Source: Methanobacteriota archaeon (GTDB lineage: Archaea; Thermoplasmatota; Poseidoniia; Poseidoniales; Thalassarchaeaceae). From it: a DNA stretch of 64,000 nt. The DNA lies in NCBI GenBank assembly GCA_002722735.1, contig PBMR01000014.1, positions 64,756-128,755 of the forward strand, written 5' to 3'. Shown here in pieces: positions 46,953 to 55,850 of the stretch. Both the position numbers and the translations under genes were made by a program. A model generated the notes under the pieces. The model had not been told where the DNA came from, made no database searches, and saw only the letters and a list, made by a program, of their open reading frames with translations. Each line of letters starts with the position of its first letter. The first letter of the stretch is position 1.

Positions 46953-47282
46953 TTATACAGCATCTCGAAATGCAGAGAGAACGACTTCGACAGCTGCACC
47001 GCGGTTCTTCTTGCCGTTTTCCTTGACCTTATCAAGCAGGGCATCACCCTCGGTGCTAATCGAGCCTGCCTGCCGCTCGGAGTCATCCTTGGAACTCTTG
47101 ATTATGGAAGCGGCCGCTTCGTCCGCCTGTTGGCGTCCCTTCGAAGAGATCTCTGCAGCCTCGGCTCGGGCGTTTGAAACGATACCCTTTGCCTCGGACT
47201 CGGCCTGCCCCCGAATTCCCTCCGCATTGGACTCGGCGTCTTTGATGGTGCGGAGTACTTCTGCTCTTCCCATCGGTGTCAC
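46953..47282 (-). CDS. atpH: A-type ATP synthase subunit H
   Basis: Short, all-helical, Ala/Glu/Lys-rich protein (IKDAESNAEGIRGQAESEAKGIV...) and the first gene of the operon. Confidence 0.7.
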   Translation of the reverse strand: MTPMGRAEVLRTIKDAESNAEGIRGQAESEAKGIVSNARAEAAEISSKGRQQADEAAASIIKSSKDDSERQAGSISTEGDALLDKVKENGKKNRGAAVEVVLSAFRDAV

Positions 47283-47396
47283 CTATGGTGACAGCGCCAA
47301 CGAGGAGCAGTATTTCATGTTGACCTTGTCGCTTCCACAAGTACTTCCAAGTGGCTTTCCAGATTCAACCAAATAGAAGATGGGCCAGGAAGGGGC

Positions 47397-48107
47397 ATGG
47401 ACAAGGAGCGCATCGAGGAGGGCGAATGGAGCGAGCTCCAACGCAACCTTGGCGCGACGATTCCCGTCTATGACCGAATTAACCGGTTCGCTACTCTGGG
47501 GCAGGTCTCGAAATGGCGCAGGATGGTACGTGAGATGCTCCCCTTGGGGCGTGTTCTGGAAATCGGTTGCGGGCCTGGCAGCTTCGCAGAGGATGTCGAG
47601 GGCGGGGAACTCGTTTGCCTCGACCCGATACCCGAGATGCTCCGGGTCGCCGAGGAGAGGGTCAACAGCAGTCGCTCGCAGCGCAATGACTCTCCTGTCG
47701 AATTCGTCGAGGGCACGGCAGAGAACCTGCCCTTCGATAACGATTCCTTCGACGCGATATGCTCATTATTCTCCTTCCGTGATTGGTATGACAAGAGGGA
47801 AGGACTCACCGAGTCCCTGCGAGTACTCAAGCCCGGCGGGTCGATTGTGATCGTGGATCCCGCCAAGGTCAATCGTGTCCACGGTTGGCTGGGCCTCATA
47901 TGGATGAGGGTATGGGTGGGTGCGTACGCGAGGGTTGTGTGTGGTCAACGCGATCACCCGTGGAAGTGGCTGACTAAGACCTACGCAGGTTTCGGCACCA
48001 CCAAGGACTACGTCAGCATGCTTGAGGAGGTCGGGTTCGGGGATGTCCGGGCCAGAGTGATTTTCCCAGGTATGGCCACCATCTGGAGCGCCCGAGTGCC
48101 CTCATAG
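47397..48107 (+). CDS. ubiE: UbiE/MenG-family (demethylmenaquinone/ubiquinone) SAM-dependent methyltransferase
   Basis: IPVYDRINRFATLGQVSKWRR (UbiE N-terminal signature), SAM motif I VLEIGCGPG and LPFDNDSFDA. Confidence 0.8.
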   Translation: MDKERIEEGEWSELQRNLGATIPVYDRINRFATLGQVSKWRRMVREMLPLGRVLEIGCGPGSFAEDVEGGELVCLDPIPEMLRVAEERVNSSRSQRNDSPVEFVEGTAENLPFDNDSFDAICSLFSFRDWYDKREGLTESLRVLKPGGSIVIVDPAKVNRVHGWLGLIWMRVWVGAYARVVCGQRDHPWKWLTKTYAGFGTTKDYVSMLEEVGFGDVRARVIFPGMATIWSARVPS

Positions 48108-49202
48108 GACCCAGAACATCTTTCGACAGGTCACGGCCCTCCAGATGACCCCTCTAGTCAATCGGTTGAAGCTCAGATTCACCACCCAGTCTGGCAGTCT
48201 GAAAACCAAGTTCCCAATTCTACTTGCGCGCTTGGAGTTCCTCATCACATCGCCCATCTGTTTGCCCCACCCCACCTCATACTCCTTCAATGGCAAACCA
48301 TTCTTGATGTGCCTAACAATGGCCTGCCCGGCGATTCTTCCACCGATCATGGCAACGGTGATGCCAGCCCCGTTGGAGGGCAGGACCATGCCAGCGGCAT
48401 CGCCGACCAGCAGGCAGTTGCCCTTGACGAAGGTGCGGATGGATCCTGACATGGGGAGGGAGCCCGCACCACTGAATGTGACCTCACCCGGGTACCTGGA
48501 GACGAACTCGTCTGCGTACTCGTTGAGGCTCTTCCCCTTGCCCCCCCTCCTATGGGTGCCCAGTCCGATGTTGGAGCCACCCTGCTTGGGGAAGACCCAG
48601 GCGTATCCGCCCGGTGCCGCGGACCCGAAGTGCAGCTCCACTGCATCGGTGTGATTTCCCCGCTTGAGGACGAACTTCACAGGAATTTTCAGCCCCTCAT
48701 CTTCCCAAAGCTGCCTCCTGATGGGGTCGTTGTGGCCCCCGGCCCCCACTATCACACGCCCCTCCAGCCCCCTCCCGTCTCTCAGCAGGACCCGGCCTCC
48801 GTCCACGCCATCGACTCTGGCACCAAGCAGGTACTCCACGCCCTCGGAGGTCGCGAGCTCCACCAGAGCCTCATCGTGCGCCACACGATCGAGGATAATC
48901 CCCTCGAACTCGAACTCGAGGGGCTCGCCGTTCGGGGGGACCAGGCGCATCTTGCTCGTTTTCATCGAGATTGCGTGATCTGGGGTTCTGAACAGATCGT
49001 CCACATCCGGGACATCGGGGCAGAGCCTACGCACCTCATCGTTGGATGGGACAAGCTCGCCGCATTGCAGGGGCGAGCCGATTGAATCCTTGGAATCAAT
49101 AACCAATACGCTCAGTCCGCCTTCGGCCGCATAACGCGCAGTAGTGCTCCCTGCAGGGCCGCCTCCGACTACTATCACGTCCCAAGACCCATCCTCAGGC
49201 AT
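48102..49202 (-). CDS. geranylgeranyl reductase family protein (second paralogue)
   Basis: WDVIVVGGGPAGSTTARYAAEGG, LQCGELV, LVGDAAGMVLPSNGAGI. Confidence 0.85.
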   Translation of the reverse strand: MPEDGSWDVIVVGGGPAGSTTARYAAEGGLSVLVIDSKDSIGSPLQCGELVPSNDEVRRLCPDVPDVDDLFRTPDHAISMKTSKMRLVPPNGEPLEFEFEGIILDRVAHDEALVELATSEGVEYLLGARVDGVDGGRVLLRDGRGLEGRVIVGAGGHNDPIRRQLWEDEGLKIPVKFVLKRGNHTDAVELHFGSAAPGGYAWVFPKQGGSNIGLGTHRRGGKGKSLNEYADEFVSRYPGEVTFSGAGSLPMSGSIRTFVKGNCLLVGDAAGMVLPSNGAGITVAMIGGRIAGQAIVRHIKNGLPLKEYEVGWGKQMGDVMRNSKRASRIGNLVFRLPDWVVNLSFNRLTRGVIWRAVTCRKMFWVL

Positions 49203-49217
49203 TGGAATCTCCTTGAC

Positions 49218-50198
49218 CTAATTTGTACGGGACCTAGACATCTCTGCGAAATCAATGAGCAGACCCTTGGCACCAGAGTCCGGTAATGAACTCAAGCTCT
49301 CCAATGCTCGTTCGATGTGGTTCGAGATCAGCAGCTGCGAGTAGTCGAAGGACCCCGCGCGCTCCAGAAGATCCGTGAGTTCACGCAACCTGGAATCGTT
49401 GTAGTTGGTCAGCACGTCGGCAAGCTGGTCTCGATCCGCTCCGTGCGTTACCGTCAGGGCGTGGATGATCGGCAGCGTCATTTTCCCTTCGAGGACATCC
49501 GTGCCCCTAGGCTTGCCAGTCGACTCGTCTCCGATAAGGTCAAGCAGGTCATCGACCAACTGGAAAGCCCTCCCCATTTCCATCCCATAGTTCCACATTG
49601 GCTCGACAAACTCCTCGTGGTCAGCTACGATTGCAGCGCAGGAGCACGCCGTTGCGAACGGCCCTGCTGTTTTTCCATCTATTATCTCATAGTAGTTCTC
49701 CGGCTGGGTGCTGAGGTCCCTGATGTGTTCCAACTGGAGGATCTCCCCAGAGGCCACTCGAGCGCATGAAGCGCTAACCAAATCGATGATTCTCGGTTCA
49801 TGCCTGGCCCCAAGTTCGAATCCCAGCGCGAATAGGTAATCACCGGCTATGATTGCATGTGGAATCCCATGCGATGCATGTATGGTGGGCTTTCCACGAC
49901 GCATCTTCGATCGATCGTAGACATCATCGTGGACCAGGGTCGCAGTGTGAATCAGTTCGGCGGACAATGCGAAGTCCATCACATTGCCAACATCCTCGCC
50001 ACCAGCGGCTTCGTAGGCAATGAGGCCCAGCATGGGCCTGTACCTCTTGCCACCTGCCAACAGAACCTCCCTTGCGAGACCCATCGCTGGTTGATCCCTC
50101 GGTGAGCTCAAACGCTCTAGAACCAGCCTCTCAATCTCTCCATCTATCATGTCCTTGTAGGATTCCAAGGGAACGGCACCGCTCTGCATGACGCTCAT
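49218..50198 (-). CDS. trans-polyprenyl diphosphate synthase
   Basis: First Asp-rich motif LVHDDVYD...RRG and second motif FQLVDDLLD. Confidence 0.9.
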   Translation of the reverse strand: MSVMQSGAVPLESYKDMIDGEIERLVLERLSSPRDQPAMGLAREVLLAGGKRYRPMLGLIAYEAAGGEDVGNVMDFALSAELIHTATLVHDDVYDRSKMRRGKPTIHASHGIPHAIIAGDYLFALGFELGARHEPRIIDLVSASCARVASGEILQLEHIRDLSTQPENYYEIIDGKTAGPFATACSCAAIVADHEEFVEPMWNYGMEMGRAFQLVDDLLDLIGDESTGKPRGTDVLEGKMTLPIIHALTVTHGADRDQLADVLTNYNDSRLRELTDLLERAGSFDYSQLLISNHIERALESLSSLPDSGAKGLLIDFAEMSRSRTN

Positions 50199-50289
50199 GA
50201 TGAAACGTCCCGGGGGTCGTATATATCAACAGGTGCGCGCGCGGGTCAGAATGGGTACGCGACGTGCTCCCTCCCTAGAGGTGGATGCG

Positions 50290-51354
50290 ATGAATGACCG
50301 GATAGTGGTGGGGACTCTGGATACGGCGGACTGCCCAGTTCATTCGCCCATATCCGCATTCTTCGAATCTTCCGAGATCCAGGATCTTGAGTCCGAGATA
50401 CAGCAGGTGCCGGACTTCGATGCCGCTCTGGAGCAACTGAGCAGTGGACTCATCGACCTGCTTGCCGTTCCCGCCAGTTTGATGCACGGCAGGGAGTCTG
50501 AGATAGTGCAATCGGGGTGCGAGCCAATGGGTGCGAGAACCCCTAGGAGGCCGAACTTGGTTCTAGTCTCCGGAGACAGGCTGTTCTACCAGCCTAAATC
50601 GGCCGTAATCGTCTCCGACTCCACTCTGACCCGTAGGCAGCTGCTCAGGGCCCGACCAGATTTGACAGTGATCGCTCCTGAGGATGTCCCCCTTAGCCGC
50701 CAGACCAAAAAAGCCCCAATCGAGGCAATCGCGAGGGCGAGGTGGTTGGGGGACTTGCAAGGGAGTGGCGAGATTGACGGCTTCGTCATCTCAAGAGCAG
50801 TCTACGAGTCATCAGGCCAAACAGAGCGACGGCACACTCTCATGCCATTCCCCAAAGATAGGGGGGGTGCGCATTTCCTACCGCCCCCCTACTCCGACCT
50901 AATCGCTATTATCGCGAGAATGAGGTTCCCCCCAACCATCTCCAAGCGCGTCACCGAGACCGAAGGAAATACCGCGCTTTGGGTGCAAAGCAGAGTGCTG
51001 AACGAGATGGGTGACAAACTCGCTGGCATCATTGGCCTGCAGGTAAGGCACCGCCAAGTCGGCTCGTTGCTGAGGCAGGCCGAAGAGGAGAAGGATCCCG
51101 TGATGGAGGAGGCCTGCCAGAGTGCCGATGGCGAGATCCTGGAAGACCAGGTGCACGTAGAACTGAGGATGGAACTAGTCTCCGAAGATGGTCGCAGGAC
51201 CCTTGCCCTGAACCGTCTCGTGGCATACTCAGACTACCAGTTCGCGACTCTATCGGCCATCAGGGATTGGAAACAATTGCTCAATGAGGCCTCAAGGGAG
51301 GTCCCCAAGGACCACCCAACCGATGCGGCGGCCCCGCCCTTCATCGTCCCCTGA
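50290..51354 (+). CDS. hypothetical protein, remote hydroxymethylbilane synthase (HemC)/type-2 periplasmic-binding-fold resemblance
   Basis: By-eye alignment: IVVGT, SSGLIDLLAVPASL, SDSTLTRRQLLRARPDLTV, GEIDGFVISRAV, and PPPYSDLIAIIAR against the HemC pattern PA.GQGALAIE.R. I found no equivalent of the cofactor-binding Cys motif. Start set at Met 50290. Confidence 0.3.
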   Translation: MNDRIVVGTLDTADCPVHSPISAFFESSEIQDLESEIQQVPDFDAALEQLSSGLIDLLAVPASLMHGRESEIVQSGCEPMGARTPRRPNLVLVSGDRLFYQPKSAVIVSDSTLTRRQLLRARPDLTVIAPEDVPLSRQTKKAPIEAIARARWLGDLQGSGEIDGFVISRAVYESSGQTERRHTLMPFPKDRGGAHFLPPPYSDLIAIIARMRFPPTISKRVTETEGNTALWVQSRVLNEMGDKLAGIIGLQVRHRQVGSLLRQAEEEKDPVMEEACQSADGEILEDQVHVELRMELVSEDGRRTLALNRLVAYSDYQFATLSAIRDWKQLLNEASREVPKDHPTDAAAPPFIVP

Positions 51355-51454
51355 GTCCCGTGATGGCAATTACGTGGGAAAAACCCACGAGTGCGACCGC
51401 TCGTGGGGGCAAGCGATAACAAATACCCCTTCGGGCGAGGTGCAGCGTGGTTCC

Positions 51455-52411
51455 ATGCAGGTAGACTCCGGATTGCTGAGTTCGCTGTACACGGATCGAC
51501 TCCAGAAGCTCAGGGAGAGGGCAGAGGGATGCGGAATCCCGAAGAGCGGCTCTGTAGAGGTCCTTCGGGCCAAGCTGATCTGCGAAGAGGTGCTGCCAGA
51601 TCTGGACCTCTCGTGGGCAGGCATTCAAGCGATGCCCCACAAGGAGACGGGAGATGTCTTGAAGGTCTTCGGCGTCAAGTCCTCGGGCTCCCACAAGGAG
51701 AGGCGTCAACGCCTTTGGCTCCACCTCAATTATGACTCTAGGAGGCTAACCATCGAACGTCTGGCCGAGATGGGGCGAGATGATCTGCACGAGCTCTGCA
51801 AGAGACTCGAATTGGATTTGACTGGCAACAGGACCGTGCTGATGGGCAGGGTCGCCGGTGTCCTGACCAGTCAGGTCAACGGCTGGGGGCGCATTAAGAG
51901 GAGCCTGAGGCGAAACGGCCTCCAATCCCCGATATTCGATGCACCACAGGCCGAGGAAGCCGATGAAATCACAGTCGTGGAACCGGTGCGAGACGTTGAC
52001 TTCCAAGCTATGCCAACCAAGGCTGTGATTGAGGACGCTAGGGACTCCTTGGTACTGGGGATTGACGAGCAGACAGCCCCGGTGCAAGGCGATTTGCTTA
52101 CGATTCAGGCCCGCGTCGAGGATCTAGAGCGGATGGTGGGTACGATTCTGAGGGGTCATGGGGGGGTGTGGGGCCAAGCCGAGAAAGAGGTCCTCCTCCG
52201 CCTAGCAGGGCGCAGGGGGTGGCCTCTGGACGAGCAATTCGTAAGGCACAGGGTGCTCATGGTAGCAACAAACATCGCCGAGGTCAAGGGCGCAGCGATG
52301 GATGCTTCCAGCATTAGGGCTGAAATCAGTGAGGACACTGAATCGACAATCGAGAGAATCAGAAGCAAGTTGGTCAAGGTCGAGTCGCTCATTCCTGACG
52401 ATGACGCCTAG
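51455..52411 (+). CDS. protein with three SAP/HeH-like helix-extended-helix motifs
   Basis: LQKLRERAEGCGIPKSGSVEVLRAKL, DVLKVFGVKSSGSHKERRQRLWLHL and LHELCKRLELDLTGNRTVLMGRVAGVL, followed by a helical C-terminal half. Start set at Met 51455. Confidence 0.5.
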   Translation: MQVDSGLLSSLYTDRLQKLRERAEGCGIPKSGSVEVLRAKLICEEVLPDLDLSWAGIQAMPHKETGDVLKVFGVKSSGSHKERRQRLWLHLNYDSRRLTIERLAEMGRDDLHELCKRLELDLTGNRTVLMGRVAGVLTSQVNGWGRIKRSLRRNGLQSPIFDAPQAEEADEITVVEPVRDVDFQAMPTKAVIEDARDSLVLGIDEQTAPVQGDLLTIQARVEDLERMVGTILRGHGGVWGQAEKEVLLRLAGRRGWPLDEQFVRHRVLMVATNIAEVKGAAMDASSIRAEISEDTESTIERIRSKLVKVESLIPDDDA

Positions 52412-53346
52412 CCACCTTGGAGAAGCTGGAAGAAGCCGAAGCGCGGCTCGATGATCTCGCCTCCAACGTCTCTGAGGTTCTCAATGGCGTCCTCGGCTGC
52501 CTCTCTGGATGCGCCTGCAGAAGTGCATGCCCCCACTAGGGCGTCGTACTCGACCAACTCGCCCGCCTTGGTCGAAAGAAGGTTGAGAATAACATGGCTG
52601 GCATCGATGGGGCCGGCTGGCATCCCTGCCTCCTCCGTTGGTCGGGTCTGCGCAGTCTCTGGCTCCGGAGCCACGGGCTCCAGTGAATCAGTCCTGCCAC
52701 TTGCCAGCGATAGCGCCCGTAGCACGCCAACGCGATACCCCTCCGGATCGAAGTCGCCGTAGTGCCCCCTAGAGAGGATGAGTCCGTCCACTAGGTCCGG
52801 TGGAACGCCTGCTGCCTCCAGTGCGGCCGGATTCAGATCGCTCACCATAGAAGCGGAGTGCGCATCCATGCGCCTCAGGGTTGCATCTGCTGCCTCGACC
52901 AACCAGCCCTTGTAGCGATCATTATCGACGATGGTGAAGTCCTCGGCCCGTATCGAGGTGAAAATGCCGCCGTCCTCGGACTCGGACCACCGCGCCCTGC
53001 CGACCATTAACATCAGGAAGCGGTCACCTGACTCGAATCTGGCCAACAGCTCCTCAGTGTCGGCATGAAGCTCCGGCTGGAACGGTGCCACGCTGAAGTA
53101 ATGGGCACCCGTTATGTCCCTAATCTGGCCGGAGTAGTACGGGCCGCTATCGCCCTCCCGCCGCTCGATTCTGTCGATGACGCCACCCACGAGGCAACGA
53201 TTGACCTTGGCTCCCAGCTTGGTGACGACGAAGGACGGATCGTACTCTCCCGCGCCCTCTTCAACCAAGGAGGCCTCAAAGAACTCCTGGGCGAAGATCC
53301 TCACCGCACTCTGCCGAATCCATCTCCGTGTGGCTTGGGCCATCAT
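52408..53346 (-). CDS. RPA-associated OB-fold protein (COG3390-like, Rpap)
   Basis: OB-fold-like N-terminal half (FVVTKLGAKVNRCLVGGVIDRIE...YSGQIRDITG). It lies immediately downstream of rpa with stop/start overlap (ATGATG/TGATG), as in the haloarchaeal rpa-rpap operons I recall. Confidence 0.55.
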   Translation of the reverse strand: MMAQATRRWIRQSAVRIFAQEFFEASLVEEGAGEYDPSFVVTKLGAKVNRCLVGGVIDRIERREGDSGPYYSGQIRDITGAHYFSVAPFQPELHADTEELLARFESGDRFLMLMVGRARWSESEDGGIFTSIRAEDFTIVDNDRYKGWLVEAADATLRRMDAHSASMVSDLNPAALEAAGVPPDLVDGLILSRGHYGDFDPEGYRVGVLRALSLASGRTDSLEPVAPEPETAQTRPTEEAGMPAGPIDASHVILNLLSTKAGELVEYDALVGACTSAGASREAAEDAIENLRDVGGEIIEPRFGFFQLLQGG

Positions 53347-55034
53347 AGCACCACACCCCACTTCTCCATTACCTTCTGAGCAGCTTCGGAGGGACTAGTC
53401 GCCTCGAGCTCCGCTGTATCTGCTAGTACCATCGCTCCCTGATCGTCCACGATGGTGCGACCGTGGATGACCATGGCTCCAGAAAGTGCTCTGGCTCTCA
53501 GCGAGGCGACGAACCCTTCGCGACCCTCGCTTGCGATCTGATCCCTGACTCCGTCCATCCCAAGGCCCAGGAATGCCTCGGCAGGCTCCCTTGACATCAG
53601 GAGCGAGGCATTTGAGACGCCGTTGTCAATGACGAATCTGAGGCGTAGGTCCTCCTGCCCACGCTGGGGCCCGTGCTCCGTGCAGGCGCCGTCTCGAAGG
53701 ACGCGACGACACTCTGGGCAGCGCTCGACGATGCCCGAGTCGGGTCTGACCGCAACGACAGTCCCAGAGGTCCTGATTCCCCTCCTCGATCCCCCATTGA
53801 CCAGGCTAGTGAGGTCCAGATCGATCCAGTGACCCTCTGGGTCGATCTTTTCCCATGGCGGGTCGGACAGGTCGATGACCTGCTCCCTCTGATCGATGAC
53901 AAGGTCGGGGGAGCCCTGCCAGAATTGGACCCTGCCCCCCTCGATACGTATGAAGTCCCCCGGTGCAGGGTCGAACTCGCACCAAGCAGTTAGTCTGCAC
54001 CTACCGCTGGGATCGATGACATCGCCACTACGGACCACCTTCTGCGACCCATCTTCGGAGGTGAAGGTCCTCTGGTTCCAAGACTCCACCTGCAGGGTGA
54101 TTCCTACGTCCCTCATGCCGTTTCTGAGGTCGGCGATAGTGGATTTGGTCGAGACAGCCAGCTCGCTCATGTCGGGGAATGCGGTGTCGTGGTAGGGCTC
54201 TATTACGGTCCCATCGTTGATGCTGATCTCCGGGGTATCCCTGAACTTCCGAACCGAAGCACCAGTGATCTTGACCAGTGAGCCCTCCTGATGCTCGAAC
54301 GGCACCCAGGAGAGGAAACCGATGCTCCCACTGGGGTCTGCGAGCCGCCCCCTGGTGACATCTATCTGCCCGCTACCGTCACGTCTGACGATGACTTCGG
54401 GTTTGGTGGTGAGTATCCTAGCGACCACATTGACGTAGCCCTCGACTTCCGATGCCTTAGAAATGCTCTGTGGCTCATCACCGATCTGGGGCGCCGCGGG
54501 ACCGCCTTCCCTTAGGATAGTGACTCGGGTGGTCCGGTTGATGTTCAAGGAGCGCTTGTCGTTCCACTCGTTAACTGAGGCACCCTCGAGCCTGACAATA
54601 GAGCCGGGAGCGAGGCTCTCGCTCTTCTCCCCCCAGTCCTTGAAGTCCCAGCGCTCCCTCTGGGAACTCGATTCCCAGGGGTTGTCCTCAATCCAGCCGA
54701 AGGCGACCTGACGCTCTTCGCCTCTTACCGTCTGGATCCTAGGGGAGTATGTCACGACGGCTACCTCGATGGACACGTTCCTGTCGTCAGCACCAAGCTC
54801 GGAGAACCTGTTGACCTTCTTCTCTATCCGTGCGGGTGCAGAGGTTCCCGAGGTCACCTCCTTTCCCGTGGCAGCCTGGAACTTCCTGACCACAGAGCGC
54901 AGAGCGTCCTCGGGAGGGATTAGGAACTCCTCCTCGTACCTCGCAAACTCCTTGCCGATGTCATTCTCATCGGCATCGGGGCACTCTTGCTTCACAATAG
55001 CAATTTGATTTGCGTATCTTACTTCTTCTGTCAC
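53343..55034 (-). CDS. rpa: replication protein A (multi-OB-fold ssDNA-binding protein with zinc finger)
   Basis: Repeated OB-fold units (V.V.G.V......R.F....G) and the zinc motif CPECRRVLRDGACTEHG. Confidence 0.8.
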   Translation of the reverse strand: MTEEVRYANQIAIVKQECPDADENDIGKEFARYEEEFLIPPEDALRSVVRKFQAATGKEVTSGTSAPARIEKKVNRFSELGADDRNVSIEVAVVTYSPRIQTVRGEERQVAFGWIEDNPWESSSQRERWDFKDWGEKSESLAPGSIVRLEGASVNEWNDKRSLNINRTTRVTILREGGPAAPQIGDEPQSISKASEVEGYVNVVARILTTKPEVIVRRDGSGQIDVTRGRLADPSGSIGFLSWVPFEHQEGSLVKITGASVRKFRDTPEISINDGTVIEPYHDTAFPDMSELAVSTKSTIADLRNGMRDVGITLQVESWNQRTFTSEDGSQKVVRSGDVIDPSGRCRLTAWCEFDPAPGDFIRIEGGRVQFWQGSPDLVIDQREQVIDLSDPPWEKIDPEGHWIDLDLTSLVNGGSRRGIRTSGTVVAVRPDSGIVERCPECRRVLRDGACTEHGPQRGQEDLRLRFVIDNGVSNASLLMSREPAEAFLGLGMDGVRDQIASEGREGFVASLRARALSGAMVIHGRTIVDDQGAMVLADTAELEATSPSEAAQKVMEKWGVVL

Positions 55035-55269
55035 GGTCTCACCTGCTTCAGTGGATGGGCGCTGAGCCTATTTCAACCACCGGTGCGAAAGACCGGGATG
55101 ACACACGACGTGACGTTGTACGGGAAACGATTGTCGGTGCATGTTGGGGTAGACGTGGCACCTCATAACCTCCGGAGTCGCGAGTTCAAATCGACGGTCT
55201 TTGAACGTGTCCATAACCTTGTTCCCTATGACCGACGTGATTTTCTGCATTGTCCCCTCTGGAGGGGCC

Positions 55270-55821
55270 ATGTCCGGGGTTGATGTGTGTCGATTCGGGG
55301 TACTGACGGCCTCTGATCGGGCTAGTACTGGTGACTACGAAGACCTCAGTGGCCCGGCGATAGAGAGATTCCTGGAAGAGGCTCTCACCTCCACGTGGGA
55401 GATCCAGCGAAGGATAGTTGCCGACGAGCGAGAGGCAATTGAAGCAACGCTCGTGGAACTGGTGGATTCCGAGGGCTGCTCGGTGGTGGTGACCACGGGC
55501 GGAACGGGGCCTGCACCAAGGGACGTCACTCCCGAGGCCACCGAGGCTGTCTGCGAGAGGATGCTGCCCGGCTTCGGCGAGCAGATGCGTGCGGTCTCCC
55601 TGAAGCATGTTCCTACTGCTGTCCTGTCCCGCCAGACTGCAGGGATTCGCGGCTCCTCCTTGATCCTCAACCTCCCAGGCTCGCCTCGCTCCATCCGCGA
55701 GATTCTCGATGAGGTCTTCGCTGCCGTTCCATACTGCGTCGATCTGATGGGAGGGCCTTACATCACTACGGATCCTGCTGTGGTCAATGCCTTCCGCCCG
55801 CCACATGCTCGACGCGAATGA
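55270..55821 (+). CDS. mogA: molybdopterin adenylyltransferase MogA / MoaB-family protein
   Basis: FGVLTASDRAS.G.YEDLSG, VVTTGGTGPAPRDVTPEAT, LPGFGEQMR, ILNLPGSPRS. Confidence 0.85.
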   Translation: MSGVDVCRFGVLTASDRASTGDYEDLSGPAIERFLEEALTSTWEIQRRIVADEREAIEATLVELVDSEGCSVVVTTGGTGPAPRDVTPEATEAVCERMLPGFGEQMRAVSLKHVPTAVLSRQTAGIRGSSLILNLPGSPRSIREILDEVFAAVPYCVDLMGGPYITTDPAVVNAFRPPHARRE

Positions 55822-55850
55822 TTCATTCGGGTGACTAGGCTCGCCGGGGC

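Noticed and set aside
55140-55200. Functional tRNA-Met gene
   Set aside because: The loops are tRNA-like, but the anticodon stem (GGCAC versus CCTCC), the T stem (GCGAG versus CGACG) and any acceptor stem fail to pair. I keep it only as a relic observation in the findings.
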